From Squalus acanthias (taxonomy: Eukaryota): a stretch of 64,000 nt of DNA. Every line of letters begins with the position of its first letter. Position 1 is the first letter of the stretch. The stretch covers positions 140,246,001-140,310,000 of the forward strand of contig CM059432.1 of NCBI GenBank assembly GCA_030390025.1, written 5' to 3'. Shown piece by piece: positions 63,634-64,000 of this stretch. A program made the translations under genes and the position numbers. The notes under the pieces are model-generated. The model had not been told where the DNA came from and made no database searches. It saw only the letters and a program-made list of their open reading frames with translations.

Positions 63634-63761
63634 AGTTTGTGTGAGTGTGTGAGTGTGTGCGTGTATGTGTGTATGTGTGTGAGTGTGTGTGGGGTGTGCG
63701 TGTGCACGTGTATGTGTGTATGTGTGTGAGGGTGTGTGAGTGTGTGCGTGTGCACGTGTGT

Positions 63762-63792
<31 letters not shown>

Positions 63793-64000
63793 AGTTTGTG
63801 TGAGTGTGTGAGTGTGTGTGTGTGAGTGTGAGTGTGAGTGTGAGTGTGTGAGTGTATGTGTTTGCATGTGAGTGTGAGTGTGAGTGTATGTGTTTGCGTG
63901 TGTGTGAGTGTGAGTGTGTGTGTGAGTTGTGTGTGTGTGTGTGTGAGTGTGTGAGTGTGAGTGTGTGTGTGTGTGTGTGAGTGTGTGTGTGTGAGTGTGT
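62531..64000. repeat. Degenerate (TG)n/(TGAG)n/(TGTGAG)n simple repeat
   Basis: Directly visible. Confidence 0.98.

Noticed and set aside
61974..63867. His/Thr-rich ORFs of about 600 aa
   Set aside because: Simple (CA/CTCA)n repeat plus an N gap

Overview
Repeat-dominated vertebrate genomic DNA, very probably from a shark or other elasmobranch (inferred from the CR1/HER-type LINE tails, Deu-domain and HE1-like SINEs, and Penelope and Harbinger families). No host protein-coding gene could be recognised; nearly all long ORFs belong to mobile elements or simple repeats. Main contents: two two-gene PIF/Harbinger transposons (a spliced Myb/SANT gene convergent with a DDE transposase) plus many derived MITEs; a young full-length Gypsy (Mag-type) LTR retrotransposon (26361-30709); a near full-length CR1 LINE with an esterase ORF1 and a tandem-monomer 5' UTR (about 37972-42566); and many CR1, L2 and SINE fragments. 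Also present are several Penelope-like elements carrying at least eight minimal hammerhead-ribozyme motifs, two of them short fold-back insertions with target-site duplications (TSDs), and an unusual 1,657-bp solo LTR (15826-17482) with a very long predicted R region. The window ends in a 4.4-kb G/C-skewed 15-16-bp minisatellite, a 500-N gap and a (TG/TGAG)n tract. Most notable observations: the ribozyme-bearing fold-back elements (one captured a CR1 fragment), the complex-retrovirus-like solo LTR, a palindromic target-site consensus shared by the Harbinger insertions, and hairpin clusters inside the MITEs.
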